Positions 14,499 through 27,641 of a DNA stretch of 64,000 nucleotides are shown piece by piece. The stretch comes from Camelus dromedarius (Eukaryota). How positions within the stretch are numbered: position 1 is the stretch's first letter; the number at the start of each line of letters is the position of its first letter. A program made the translations under genes and the position numbers. Location: contig NC_087437.1 in assembly GCF_036321535.1 (NCBI RefSeq), positions 99,760,001-99,824,000 on the forward strand, written 5' to 3'. The notes below the pieces were generated by a model. The model saw only the letters and a program-made list of their open reading frames with translations, was not told the origin of the DNA and ran no database searches.

Positions 14499-16789
14499 CA
14501 GTTTGCTCTGATTCTGCTATTCACTTTTGCAATGTTTTTTTCCTAAATGTAACTACGTATGACCTTCTTATTTGCCCTTCAACTTCACCCAAAGTTCTGA
14601 GTTTAGTCATATTGGCTGGTTTTCCTTCTTGGCTTTCAAATATCCTGGTATAATTTGTTTTGAATGGGCAGAACTATATTCTTCTTGACAGCCAACTTTT
14701 TTGCTCTACACGTTCTAAGAGAAGCCCAAGGATCCAGGATGCTAGTTTTCAAGCATGATACAATTAGCTTCCTAAAGTTAATTGTCTTAATCTTGCTGAC
14801 ATTTCCATTCCCTTCCCTTAGGGAAAGGAATTCAATTTCATCAACTTGTGATTGTTTCCTCAAGGTTCCCTTCTACTCTAAGAAGTCCATCTAATTTTTC
14901 CCTATCAGCAAGTATCAGAGCCGATGTCTGCCTTGGGAAATGTTACCTTTATCACAGAAGACCACGCTATGAGATCTCTTGCTGTTGAACTTCTCTGTCA
15001 TCAGCATTCTCATTTTGATATGTGCTTGTCACCCTTATCTTTATTTAAAATTTCTTTAGGTTGACTAAAAACCTGATTAACCTTCTCTTCCTTGGTCTAG
15101 TGATTTACATGATTTATATTTCATTTAAATATGGTTATTTCATGTGTTCTTACCATATTAACTTTAATCCAATTATTCTTTCCAAATAATCCCATTACTA
15201 TACGTTTATTCTGGATTTATGAAGGCATTAATTTCACGAATAATTATGGAATGCTCTCTCTTTCCTCCAGTTCCAAGTGCTACTTTACTAGTTGTCAGAT
15301 ATTTTAATAACATCTTAACTCTGGCCCTGAGATAGAAACTCCAGATACTCCTGATTAATTCTATCATTCAAAAGTCACATGAGAGCATTTTGCATAATTG
15401 TATGATTATTTCCTCACAAAGGAATATGGTAATATAATAGATGGAGAGATATTTTAAATATGTCATGTGATGGTCATTGAAACATATAAATGTCATTGCT
15501 CACAGTGAACATTATATAAAAATAAATATACCAAAGAAAGTGAACAGATAATGGTGACAAAAGGAGGATAAATTTTTAATTTGTTTATGTCAGAAAGAAA
15601 AAAATAAGTGACAAAGGATTTGGTGCGAGCCTAGGGAGGAGTTGAATGAATGGCTAAATCTGTTTAATGGAGTAAACAAAAATATATTAGATGACTAAAT
15701 AAGATAAGAAAATAATCATCTTATAAAAACGTAGAAGTGCCTCAAATAATTTTTTTATCAATTCTTTTTATTTCTTTAACTAGTATATTTTGAGTGTTAC
15801 TGAGTGTGAGTTCTGAGAACAAAGAGATAAATAATGTGTGATCCTTGCCAAGAAGGAGATTACAGTCTTGGGATGAGAGATAGTTTATACAAGGCTTTGT
15901 TTTCTCTCTTTTATTGCACGTCTCTGATAGAAATCATAATGAGCACAATGGAAATGCAACGAAAGGCTGGCAGAGGAGTCAGTTCTCCTTGGGAACATGA
16001 GGAAATCATTCAGGGGTAAGAGTATCCATTTATACATATTTGTAAGTCATCTCAATTAAGATTGTGCTGATTTCACAGAGGCAAGGGCATTCCATCTCTG
16101 TATAGTCCGTCTCAGGCGTAGAGTGTGAGAGGAGAGGGCTAGAGAGATAAACATAGGTAGACTGTGGATATTTTCATTGCAAGTTTAGTCTCTGAGGCAC
16201 TGAAATCTTTTGGTTCTTTATGTAGGGATGCCCATGCAAGTCACTAAGACACAGAATTGGAGGATGGCTAGCATATTATCGGGTCTTCAGATTATGAGAG
16301 GGTGAAGGATGGATTTAAAGTGAGGCATTTGGAGTCAGAAAGCCACTGGGTTGATACCTTCTGCCAGCTTGAAGGACAAGAGACTGAGGCATGAATCAGC
16401 AGTATGTTCATGGTGGGAAAAAGTCAAATGATATTTCCTTTTGGGATGCTTCCTCTGTGTATCACCCTCATCAAAATACTTCCTCACCTACCCACATATG
16501 TCTTAAATGTTCTGTTGGGTATCTTCAAATTAATTTCAATGAAATATTTTACTTTTTTTTAATGCATATTAAATTCTTTAAAAGAAGAATTATGATAACT
16601 CCTGTTTGCTGCAATAATTTTTTGATGGGTATGGGTTTGACTTTTATGGACGGTCACAAGGAGAAATCATTTTATGATATCCACGTTCATGCAAGCACTT
16701 TAGTAGTTCCCAAATTAATCATGATTTCTAGGTGCTCCTAGACTGCATACTGTGTTTCAGCTATATTCCTATCTCACTCTAATCCTGTT

Positions 16790-17065
16790 CAACATAAACC
16801 TTTTCAAAAGAGTCATCAACATTTACTGTCTCTCCTTTCCCAACAACTATTCGCTTTTCAAAGCACACCAATCTGGCTTCACCCCGACATGGCCCATAAA
16901 ATGTCATTTAGGCTAATCTTGCCAACGTCATTTACAACCTTCAGGATGCCCACTCCAAGGCACACTTCTATGTTCACATCTCCCCAGACCTCCCAGCAGC
17001 ATTTGACAAGGTTTTCCATCCCTTCCTACTTGAAACACTTTTTCTTCTTGGCTTTATTGACACCA
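16790..17065 (+). mobile_element. L2 ORF2 (RT region) fragment
   Basis: caatctggcttc (QSGF) ... gacctcccagcagcatttgaca (DLSAAFD-like) ... cttcctacttgaaacact. Confidence 0.75.
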
Positions 17066-18374
17066 CAGTGGTCACAGCACCCACATTAATCATTAGAGTG
17101 GTAGAGTTATATTTTTCTTTTTACCATGGTTCTAATGTTATTTTTCCATTTCCATTTATACCTATGCCTTGTTTTTGAGATATCTTATATCCTTGTGGGA
17201 AAAAAGAATGTATATATGCAATAAAAATTAAAGATGTAGGCAATAATATTGGCTATCTTATTGTTAAAGGATGCCACAAAGGAATTCAAAGAACCCATAA
17301 CCATGCACCTAGTCAAATAAAAGTTGCATGACTAAGTATGTTATCTAAAATATATAAACTGTCAACATTGACAGATAAAGAACATTTGTATTTATACACA
17401 GATTACTTAAAGACACACATAATTCTTATAAAATAAAAATCTAGCACCATGAGGGCAATAATAAAATGATGTTCAAGAAAGCCTAACAGACTGTATACAG
17501 TTGGATTCCCTTTCAAGTAAAAGGAGTCAATTTCCTTAGGGAAAGGCCCTCATTAACCTTGAGCTCTAGTAGCACCTGCTGTAAAGCACTGCTGACCAGA
17601 ATACGTGGAACAGCTTATCACCAAGGGGCTGTGATGTAATCACAGAAACACTGGATGTGAGCTAGAGCAGGTGGATTGAAAATTATGGCGCTGCACCTTA
17701 GCTGTCTAGGGGATGATGAGGTTGAGCCTCCAAGGGAAAGGAAGCAGAGCCCTTACATAGGGATTCACACAAATATCCTGCTTTTAAATACATTTCACAG
17801 GGAGATTATATTATAAACCAGATAGTAAGTCATTGAGAATTGGCAATGGAAAATTTTACTAATAGGTATCTCTCAACAAAGGTGAATTCTCCCGATTTTC
17901 TAAAAGAGTAGAAATGCAATGCTGACAACTTTTATTGTGGCATTTTATTCTTTCTGAGAAGATTAATTATGTTTGAGTCTGAAAGGTCAGTGAAATTCTT
18001 GGTTGAGAAAAACATTTCATAGAAATCAGAGGCATTGTCATGGAGTTTAGACAGCAAATATCTGTTCCTTGGATAACTTTTCTAAGATTAAAGATTACCC
18101 CAAAGATAGTAAAATTGATATTTGCTGAATAAATACAGAGTAACATTTTCAAGTTAAAAAATAAAAATAAAAATAAATCAATGTAAGAGAAATATTTTAG
18201 GCAATGGGTACTTTTCTGTTTCATTAAAATTTACCAATGTGTAATATGTATCAAAATTCTGGTTTTAAGTTCTGTTCATAGCTTTCACCTCTGCAACTCT
18301 ATCTGTAGCAATCGGTCCATGGAAATAATTAGAAATACGCACAAAGAATTGTAGAGAGGATGCAAGTTGAACTG

Positions 18375-18850
18375 CCTGGTTCTCCTTACCCCTGGTAGAG
18401 CCTGAGAACAGGACTTGTGTTTGTGTAGTAAAACTAGGATGCAGGAATGTAGGGGAGAAGAACATGAAGGATGGAGAAAAAGCTTTCAGGGTCTGTTGTC
18501 AAGGTCACCAGCTAGGACTTCCTCCCACTTGGGAATTCTTCGAGAGCCAGTAGAGTACCTCTCAGAGTTCTCGCAAGGATCAGCTGGGAGAAGCGCCCAT
18601 CCATGACGGCTCATCTCCATTTGGTTGAGGGCTACTTTGCAGGCATTATTACCTCTGTTCTCCATCCCTCTACAGTCTTTAGGGATTGTGCCAATTTCTG
18701 GGCATCCTTGGCCTCACAGTCATAAAAAAGACTGCTGCTTTAGGAGAGATACTATCAGCCTATAGCAAACTGGAGCCCAAACAGAACTGTTGATTACAGT
18801 TGTTGCTGGAATCAGTAGTGAGATCCAGATCATGGTGGGGGGAACATCAG
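18375..18850 (-). mobile_element. Old ERVL LTR (LTR33-like)
   Basis: agagcctgagaacaggacttgtg...gtagt motif typical of the antisense LTR33/LTR16 end. Confidence 0.5.
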
Positions 18851-18859
18851 AGGTGTTTG

Positions 18860-19250
18860 AGACCTTCATTATGGTGGTTATTTTAAAATAATGTTCAAAA
18901 ACTGGGAAATAACCAAATAAATCAAATACACACAGAAGTAGAGTTTGGTAATTACAGTGTATAGCTTATATGACAAAGTATTTTGCAGCCACTTAAATAT
19001 GCTTTAGGACAATATTGAATGCTTTGGGAAATTGTTCATAATTGTAAAACAAAATAGGTAATAAAAATGTTTACAGGTCTTAATCATTTGTATATGCACA
19101 CAAAATAATCTGAAAGTTTATATTAACATATTAACAGTGTTTACTTGTGGGTAGGAGGATTATGGGTTATCTTCATTTTCTCTTTTCTGCTTTTCCATAT
19201 TTTCTAAATGTTTTACAAAGAGCATGTAGCATTTTAGTAACTAAAAAGTC
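18860..19250 (+). mobile_element. Ancient L1 (L1ME-type) 3' end
   Basis: aaaaactgggaaataaccaaat...tattttgcagccacttaaa...ttaacagtgtttacttgtgggtaggaggattatggg...ttttctaaatgttttaca. Confidence 0.6.
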
Positions 19251-20367
19251 AAGGTAAAATTTTTTAAATTAGAATTTCTTCTATATTCCCACTCTCCATG
19301 AGTCTGTCCAGGTTTTGTAAACTACAGATTCACCATAAAATATTTTTCTTAACCAAATATTCAATGTATACCTGAAAGGCCCATTACAAATCTGACTCTC
19401 TAACTTGGTGAAGCAGCCTCAGCTCTACCCTCCCCATCTCTCACTGGTGATCCTACAAAGCAACACTGTGTACTTGGGGACCATCAGAATTGAACTGAAT
19501 TGAATTATTTCTCCTTGATACAACCAGGAGAAACAGAAGAGCCAGAAATAAAACAGAGAATGAAGAGAAAAATTAAGCAGTCATTCAACACATTTTGAAT
19601 GGGAAAAAAAAATCTTACTTATGGAAGTATTTGTTTCCTGAGAAAGGAGTAGTGCCCTGTACTGGAAGAATGTAGAGGAAACTTTGTGGTTACAGATACT
19701 CTGGAATCACTTAACCTGGACCAGACCCTGATGTCACCTGATGGCACTCGCCCAGAGGGTGCACTATCCTCTGTTTCCATTTCTGCTTCTTTTATCCAAA
19801 AGGTCTCACATAACAAAGAACTCAGGGTCAAGAACGTATGCAGTTTATCTGAGCAGGTTATATTTAAGGCATGAAAAGTAGTAGAAAACCCATGGTTAAA
19901 AGAGTGAGAAAAACTGGTTTGGGAAACAGACAACTTATATTATAGCTGAAAGCAACAAAATGCCAACTGTAACCTGCTGAGAAAACAACAATGGCAGGAA
20001 AGAAACAAAACAAAACAAAAAAGGAATCTGGCTTCAGTGGTTGAAAATAGAGTAGCTTCTCTTGAGCAGAATTTATACTCACAGTGAATTTAAGGAAAAG
20101 AAAAGAATTAGAGTACATGTCAGACTGAAAATTTAACTCAAAAAAATCTTGTTCCATATTTAGAAGAATAGGAAATAGTGCTTATCTAGCAAATGAACTT
20201 TTTCTTCTGCCACATTTTATTCCTTTTACAGAAAGTTGATCATCAGTAAATAACCATTGTATATGATGACAATTTTGGAAAGTTTCAAGAATCAATACTT
20301 AGTCTGATAGTATTATCATATTTGCAAATTTCACTTCTTTATGGAAACCTTAAAAACTAGGTATTCT

Positions 20368-20845
20368 TGTTGCTGCAAATGGCATTATTTTATTTTTTAT
20401 GGCTGAGTAGTATTCCATTGTATCATTCTAAGTGAAGTAAGCCAGAAAGAGAAAGAAAAACAGATATTATTCATATGTGGAATCTAAAAAAAGAACAAAA
20501 AAAGAACATTAATGAACTCATCTACAAAACAGAAACAGATTCGCAGACATAGTAAACAATCTTATGGTTACCAGAGGAAAGAGGGTGAGAAGGGATAAAT
20601 TTGGGAGTTTGAGATTTGCAAATGTTAACCACTATATATAAAAATAGATAAAAAAAAAAACAAATTTCTTCTGTGTAGCACAGGGAACTGTATTCAATAT
20701 CTTGTAATAATCTTTAATGAAAAAGAATATGAAAACAAATATATGTATGTATACGCATGATTAGCACATTGTGCTGTACACCAGAAACTGACACATTATA
20801 ACCAACTATACTTCGATTTAAAAAAGAATATATATACATATATAT
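20368..20845 (+). mobile_element. Short young L1 with a 55-bp 5' inversion and TSD
   Basis: 20368-20422 is the reverse complement of L1 tacaatggaatactactcagccataaaa...gcagcaaca; sense 3' end from 20423; TSD aaacta[g/t]gtattcttg at 20354-20369 and 20846-20861; TT/AAAA target site. Confidence 0.92.
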
Positions 20846-21076
20846 AAACTATGTATTCTTGACAAGGATGCTCCTTCCAGTCAAAGTTATTAATTCATTT
20901 ATTTAACAAATATTTTTGCCTACCTACAAGGTAATGGATATCATAGGATATCATAATTGGCTCTGAAGACAAAGATGAAAAAATGCAAGTTTTTATCATG
21001 AGTCTCCAGTGTAGAAGAGAAACTCATGATGTAAAAGATAGTATCATGGTTCATAAGCAATTACAAGGTTCAAAAA

Positions 21077-21346
21077 GAGGCAGTAGAGCGTAGTAGATTC
21101 ACATGTGGATTTAGGAGCCATTCTCCTGTGGTCAAACCCTTTTTTTTACCACCTACTTACAATCTGGGTACCTCTGGACTTAAACCACCTTTCAGTTTCC
21201 TCATCTATAAAACCGGGATAAAAATAATGCATTTGCCTTTTATAATCTAAATGAAGCTTAAATGAATCAATATGATTCACATTTGTAAATCAAGATACTT
21301 AAAGAACAGTGTCTGGTGTAGATGAGGCATTATGTAAGTATTAGCT
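21077..21346 (+). mobile_element. MIR SINE
   Basis: Core tcagtttcctcatctataaaa and 3' agaacagtgtctgg. Confidence 0.8.
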
Positions 21347-23439
21347 TAGGCCGTTAAAAAAAAAAACAAAACCCAAACCCAAAACCAAACAGAACAAAAA
21401 ACTAAGTAGTACAGGATGAGGAAAGAAGAGAATGCTGTTCAGAAAAATTTGCCAGGAAGGTTTAACAAAGGAGGACTCTAAAGATGATTGCAATTTTTTA
21501 AAATGAAATTTTGATCTAAAATTACTCTACATCATAGAAGTCATTTTTAAGCAACAAGAGAAAATACTAAAATTCATAAAAATTTAAAATTAGTTTTGGT
21601 GTGTGGGGTGGATTTTTCTATGGAGATCAATTTTTTTTTTAATCCAAAACTCAGTTGTTTGACTATTTCTTTTTTTTTTTTTTTTTGAGACCAAGATTTT
21701 TTTATAGTATATATATTAATGCATACTGCAGCTGGTTCTCATACTGGGAAAAATTTAAGACACAGATTCATTAATATTCACTACCCCTATATTTATAATG
21801 CATTTCTACCCTGCTCCAAGCTTCAGATTTCTTAATTAATCAGATTCTCTCAATATTTCAGCCACTTGACCAGTATCTAAGTAAATATATCCATTGGCTT
21901 CTAAATATGTCTGTAATAACTAATGAGCTTTTAAAAGAGTAGCCTATCATTAAATTTATAAGAATTCGCCTCAAGAACTTCGAATGAAGCTTATTAGATT
22001 GAAAGTATTTTGAGGGCTGCTATTGTGTGTTTTCCATCTTAATCATCCATTCAGCAAATACCCACAATGTGCTAGGTATGTAATACGTGCATGTTAATGC
22101 AATAGTCGCCAGGTGAACTTGGAGCTAGACAGGGAATAGGTGTTAGAAGCGTGTAGGTTATATTGCTCTGCTGTTTGCAGTTATGTTGATAGGTTGTGTA
22201 TATGAGTGTTTTACTACTGTTATCTTTGTTCAGTTATTTCCAATTATTTCAGTGATTTTGAGATTGGGGCATAGAAAACTAAAAGAAAATAGATGTTAAT
22301 TTCAACCAACAGCTGGTGATTACACATGAGATTAATAGGGGAGACTGTTAACTGGTATTTATTTTAGAACTGATCCCATCGAAGATGGCAGTGCTGAAAC
22401 TTGCACATTTTCAAACAGCCAGTTCATTTGGCTCCCATGAACTCAGGGCTATAATACATTTATTTAAGTTTTTATACTGCTTGTGTAAGAGTCAGAATTT
22501 ATACAGGGCACAGAGTTTTATTTTCATTTGATAATGGCCTTCTGGTTTTGATACCGATTAAATGAAATCCATAGCATGTACTCTGGGATATGAAATTATA
22601 CGTCTTAAAATATGTTTAACTTGTATTTTCCCACACTGTTGAGACATTTCTGTAGCCTAATAGACACCACAAGTTAGCCTAACGAACTCCGTGGGTGACT
22701 TCTGTGCCATAGTCTATGGAACTCTGACATTTTCATAATTAACCAAAGTCTGGGGATCCAGTTCTAAGTTGGTCTTTTGCCCAAGCGTACAATTTTTGAA
22801 TGTGTTTAAGAAGGTGAATTTTATTTTTGAGCGCTTGGCTTCAGTTTCTAGAAGCCATGCTACTGAAATAATTTCTAAGCATTTCCTTGTGGAGGCTATA
22901 ATTTCCATAGAACAGTATGTTTTTAGAGATATTTCAGTTAAATTGTCTATATAACATGACTCTCTACAAAATTCCCTTGCCTTTACATGGCTGTGTCTTC
23001 TTCATCTTTCAGATTTCAGCTTAAATATCAGCTTAAATTCCTAGGTGTCCTTTCCTGAAGGATCTCTGTAGCTTCCAACAGAACATTCTCTATGTCAAAT
23101 TATTTTAAATCACTGTAATATATTTATCATCTATGATATCTATCATTAACACATTTTTAAAGGCTCTAAGTATATGGAGACTGTCAAGTGCTCCTATTGT
23201 TTTTCCTCTTTGTAATTCAGATAATTGTTTATTGACATTTTGAAGTTGTTTCTCTTTCCTGAGTCTGTGGAAAATTAGAAAAGAGTAATGAAAACAAAGC
23301 AAATTTGTTCCGATTTTCTTGGCTGAATGTATAAGGTCAAAGAACTTAAAAAGCTAGTGTTTATTTGTATTTAGTTATATATTAAAGTCTATGAATAGAC
23401 TTTCAAAAAAAAAACAAAAAACTTCTTCAAAGCCTCTGA

Positions 23440-24420
23440 TAGCATTTTTACAGTACCACTCTCTTCCCTATGACCCCTCCTCTGATGTGCCCTAAACTAA
23501 TTATTGGTACCATCTTCTACCACTTCGAAGCCAAGATCTGAGAATGGTATGGAATTCTTTCTCAATCTACCACTCCATAAGTCACCGTACACATCTGTAT
23601 ATAGTTATGTATACATAAATACCTATCTGTCTTTAATACCTGTCATAAATACCTACCTATCCCTATTTATTTGTTATCTACCTACCTATCTATCATACCT
23701 TTATCTGTTTACCTGTGTGTCTATTTAGCTGTTTAATAAAATTCAAATCAGTTCCTTCCTCTCCATCCCTACCCTCTTTGCCACTTCTTGGGTTCAGGTC
23801 ACTTTTTGGTCTGAGTCACTGACTCCAGCCTCCTGTGTTGCCCCGTCCAGTTCATTCTACCATCACAGAGGGATTTTTTTTTCCCCGAAAAGTCTCTCTT
23901 CTACTTAAATTCTCTCTATGGCTCCAGAATGTCTTTAAGATAAAAACTAACATCTTAGGATAATATACACAACTCTTCATAATGTTGCCCTTGCTACTTT
24001 TCAGTTTTACTTTTTCCTTCTCCCCATTTTGAGCTTTACATATAAAAATACCTGCCTATACTCTTGTAGTACCTGAATGTACTCCTCTTTTTCATATCTC
24101 TGCAATGCTTATACATTCATTGCTTTCTCTCTGAAATAATCTCAATACTTTACTTATTTCAGTTAACTATTGTGTGATCCTGAAAATTTAGCTAAGCTAC
24201 AGTTTCATTTAAAATGAGTTTTCAAGCCTCTCGTTTCCATAGTGTTGTGACTATCTCTGTCAGTATTTATTGCTCTGTATTTATTGCTTTTTTATTTCTC
24301 TGCCTCCTCCACAAGGCTAAGATCTTGTCTAAAAGAAAGGCTATATTTTTTATCAAAATTTCTGGTATACAGCATAGTGTCTAGTGCAAGTATTATGCTC
24401 ACCATATGTACGTGAATGAA
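23440..24420 (+). mobile_element. L2 3' region, degraded
   Basis: ccttcctctccatccctacc, cttaaattctctctatggctcc, agcatagtgtctagtgca...gtgaatgaa. Confidence 0.6.
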
Positions 24421-24519
24421 AAAAAAACATTATGGAACCAGGAATATTGGCCTCTCTGTGAAAAAAAAAAATTCTGCAACTGGGAAAAGGAGATGTAAAC
24501 ATGATTGGTACATAAAATT

Positions 24520-24685
24520 TTGCCTCGGGTTCTGCTTACTGTGTGTCAGGAAATGTTCTAAGAATTTTTTTATTATAAATGCATTTGGGCAGTGCAGTTA
24601 CCCCAAGAGATGAGTGCCATTATTACCCATTTCCATATCAGGACATTGAAATACAGAGGAGTTTATTTACCCAAGGTTATGTAGT
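24520..24685 (-). mobile_element. MIR SINE
   Basis: cttactgtgtgtcagg...attattacccatttccata...gaaatacagaggagtt...acccaaggtta. Confidence 0.65.
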
Positions 24686-25060
24686 TTCTTAGCCTGGATT
24701 CCTCTAAAAGTAGAGTCTGAGGTAAAGGATTATGTGCTGAAATTTTATCAGGTAATACAAAACCGAAGCAACAGGAATTAGGAAAAAGGACTGAGACTGG
24801 AAGGAGAGAGTCAGTTTAAGGTAGCTCTGCTGAGCTGGTCGGCACTTGCCAGCAAGTGCAACTGTCTGGGCCCCTCAGGCATCTTCTGAGAAGCTTTACA
24901 ATGAATGCATCTCAGGACTATCTATCCTTTGAAGAAGAGGAGAGGGGAAGAATTATTCACGGGTTCATATGTCTCATGGGTCAAATTTTTTCCTACATTT
25001 ATTTCTGTAGGGGGCAAGCACAGTTGTCCAAAGGATCCCCTTGCATTTTATGTCTTTTCA
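24680..25060 (-). mobile_element. Old ERVL LTR (LTR33-like)
   Basis: ggattcctctaaaagtagagtctgaggtaaaggattatgtgc... ttctgagaagc...gaatgcatctcagga. Confidence 0.5.
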
Positions 25061-25139
25061 TCAACAGGAATACTTCAGAGGAGGGCACTGCAGGAGGAAG
25101 ACTCCAGGTAGAGTTGATTTGCTTCCTTCTGAAGCAGCT

Positions 25140-25330
25140 GAAGCCCGTGCGCATGCGCAGACCATTGCTATGGCCGTGGTTCGGACGAAACGTCTGCCAA
25201 AGGCCCCAGGGAAGGTGTGGCTGGAAGGGTCAGCAAAGGTGCATACGAAAGTCCGGTGTATTCCTCTAATAAAACGGTGAAACCCTAATTCAATGCTGGC
25301 AGTCCAAGGCCAGATCCTATATAGTGCCGC
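25140..25330. promoter_or_regulatory. Candidate CpG-rich promoter with a perfect NRF1 site and an RFX-like site
   Basis: TGCGCATGCGCA at 25148-25159, followed directly by ATTGCTATGGC; about 10 CpGs in about 135 bp within a CpG-depleted window. Confidence 0.5.
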
Positions 25331-25874
25331 CCTTTGGCTTGGGCAACAGTGGCCCTTGCCCAATGCCTTGGTAGGACACACGTCACAGAGATACACACAA
25401 AATAAATTATTAAAAACACATGGGTGCCCCTTTTTCTGGAACAGCACCACTTACAATCCAGAACAACTGCTCTCTTGACAGTATACTGCTTGGACCTCAG
25501 AAAAATGCTCTTGTACACATTTTTCTTTACGTCCTATTTCCAAAGCCATGATCGTGGGTTGTCGGTCTGCTGACACAGGAGACAGACATGACTCAGACTA
25601 GGGAGAATGTAATCAGCTGAAGCACGTAGGCGAGGGGAAAAGAGAAAGACAATTGCAAAACGCTTCTCTCAACAGGATTGCAACAAATTCTTACCTAAAA
25701 AAAAATAATTTCTCAGTATTCCAATTTATAGTATGGGGGTTTTCAAGACGGATCATATTTGCAATAGGTGTATGTGGAATGTAACGTTGTTTGCCACATG
25801 GCCATCTGGATTACTACTGAATGTTAGAATCATGAATAGTTTTATTTTCATAAAATAATTTAGTAGAATTCAAT

Positions 25875-25972
25875 TAATTTTATTGAAGTATAGTTGAATT
25901 ATATTAGTTTCAGGTTTACAGAATAGTAATTTAATATTTTTATCAATTATACTCCAAAGTTAATACAAAATA
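25875..25972 (-). mobile_element. Short L1 3'-end fragment
   Basis: ttttattgaagtatagttga...ttagtttcaggtttacagaatagtaatt. Confidence 0.7.
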
Positions 25973-26039
25973 TTTAAATTAAAAACTCAGTTGTATAAAA
26001 AAAAATCTAGATTTAAAATTATATTCATCAGTATAATTT

Positions 26040-26678
26040 GTATCTTGCCCATAGTTTCAGTAGAGAAATGTTTGAGAGTAAAAAATAACTTTCTGATGCA
26101 TATACAAGTGTTTTAGAGGAAAAAATAACTTTCTGAAGCATATATGAAAGACAATTTGATTTAATTTTTATTTTTGCTTTAGTGTATATTTCTTGATGAA
26201 AATAATTCAACTATTGTGAACTCTGAATATAATTAAATATTATTATTTTAGTTCGTTAGATCATTAGATGTCATTAGAACACAAATTATGTGAATATCTT
26301 TGTAATAATACCACAATTCATGATTTTCCTGAAACAAAGGCAAAAATTTTATGTATGGGATACAAATATAATAATTTATGAATTATACATGTTGACTTCA
26401 TACTTACCCAGATATCCTTAGTCAATCAACAGAATATCCAGCTATATGCATTAAAAATTGAATTTAGCAATTTCTAGTATTTGGATGACTCAGTCATTCA
26501 AAAACCATAGATTTAAACATATTTTCTGGTTTGCTATTATTCAGTTGTTTATGATAAAATATGTTGCTTAACATTTGGTTAGCTAGAAATGTAACTTGTA
26601 AATATTTAGATATTTAGATGTATGTGTGTCCATATTTCACTCTTGCCTCAGACTCCACAAATATTAGGTAGGTGGTTT
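26040..26678 (+). mobile_element. hAT-Tip100 DNA transposon fossil (Zaphod/MER115-like) with a transposase C-terminal remnant
   Basis: 26274-26348 translates LEHKLCEYLCNNTTIHDFPETKAKI, resembling the end of the hAT dimerisation domain; terminal atttcactcttgcctcagactccacaaatattagg resembles the Zaphod/MER115 end. Confidence 0.6.
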
Positions 26679-27641
26679 TGCCCATTCTTATAACAGATAT
26701 CTTGCTCTGCTCCACGACTTTACTCTAGTCCATCCAGTCCAGTCCATTACTCCACTCTACTCTATACTAACCCTACTACCCTCTACTGCCTCTGTATTAT
26801 TTCACAGATTGATCCAATTGAGCAATTTATTCCAGTTAGACAAGTGTTACTAAATTGACAAAACTGAGACACCATTTTGGTCCTGTTAAACTATTGGTAG
26901 TGTGTTTAAATAGATTAAGTTTAGCCATCCACATGCAAATACAGAAATGATCATGACGACAAGGACTAAACATTCCAACTTATCACACAGTGCACCATAA
27001 AGCTTTTAGCTATTGAGAAAAGTCCTATTCAAATATCAGCCATCTCCGCAGACCCCTCACAGGATTTCACTTGAGTCATCTTAATTAATTCCTCCTGCTA
27101 GAAAGAACCCTGTGCTTCCTCTTCCTGACTGAATGAGTAACTCAGGTAAATTGCCTGATGCTATAAATTTCATGAAGCTTTTGCTTATTGTCCCATTTTT
27201 GTATAAGACAAAATGCTTTCTGGACCTGTGGAAATTTTATTAGGTAGTACTACAAACATTTCTAAAGGATTGTAGCTTTACTGGTTTTTGTATATATTTC
27301 CTTTGAGTGGATTTTCAATAAGGAGCTTCTGGGGAGACAAAGGTAATAAAATGCATCATTTTTACCTCAAATGCTATTCCATCTCTGCTTTTCCCTGGTG
27401 AAGTCACAGGCTCTGGGCAGTACTTTTCAAAGAGACACTGTTAATTTGATCCTTAGCTGTTGTTTTAATGTTTTTTTTTTTCCTCCTCACAATTCCTCCA
27501 TACAATTTTGAAGTGTTATATTCAATGAAAATTGGAAGATGATAAAATAGTTCATTCTTGATCTCTTTGTAAAGGCCAAAGGAGAAGCTGTGGCTGTTAT
27601 GTTACTATTCTGAGAGAGTACTCTTATGGTAATAAGCCCAT

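Noticed and set aside
25170..25280. Histone H3 or PCLAF pseudogene (VRTK...APGKV)
   Set aside because: The resemblance is limited to a few residues; no downstream similarity, poly(A) tail or TSD
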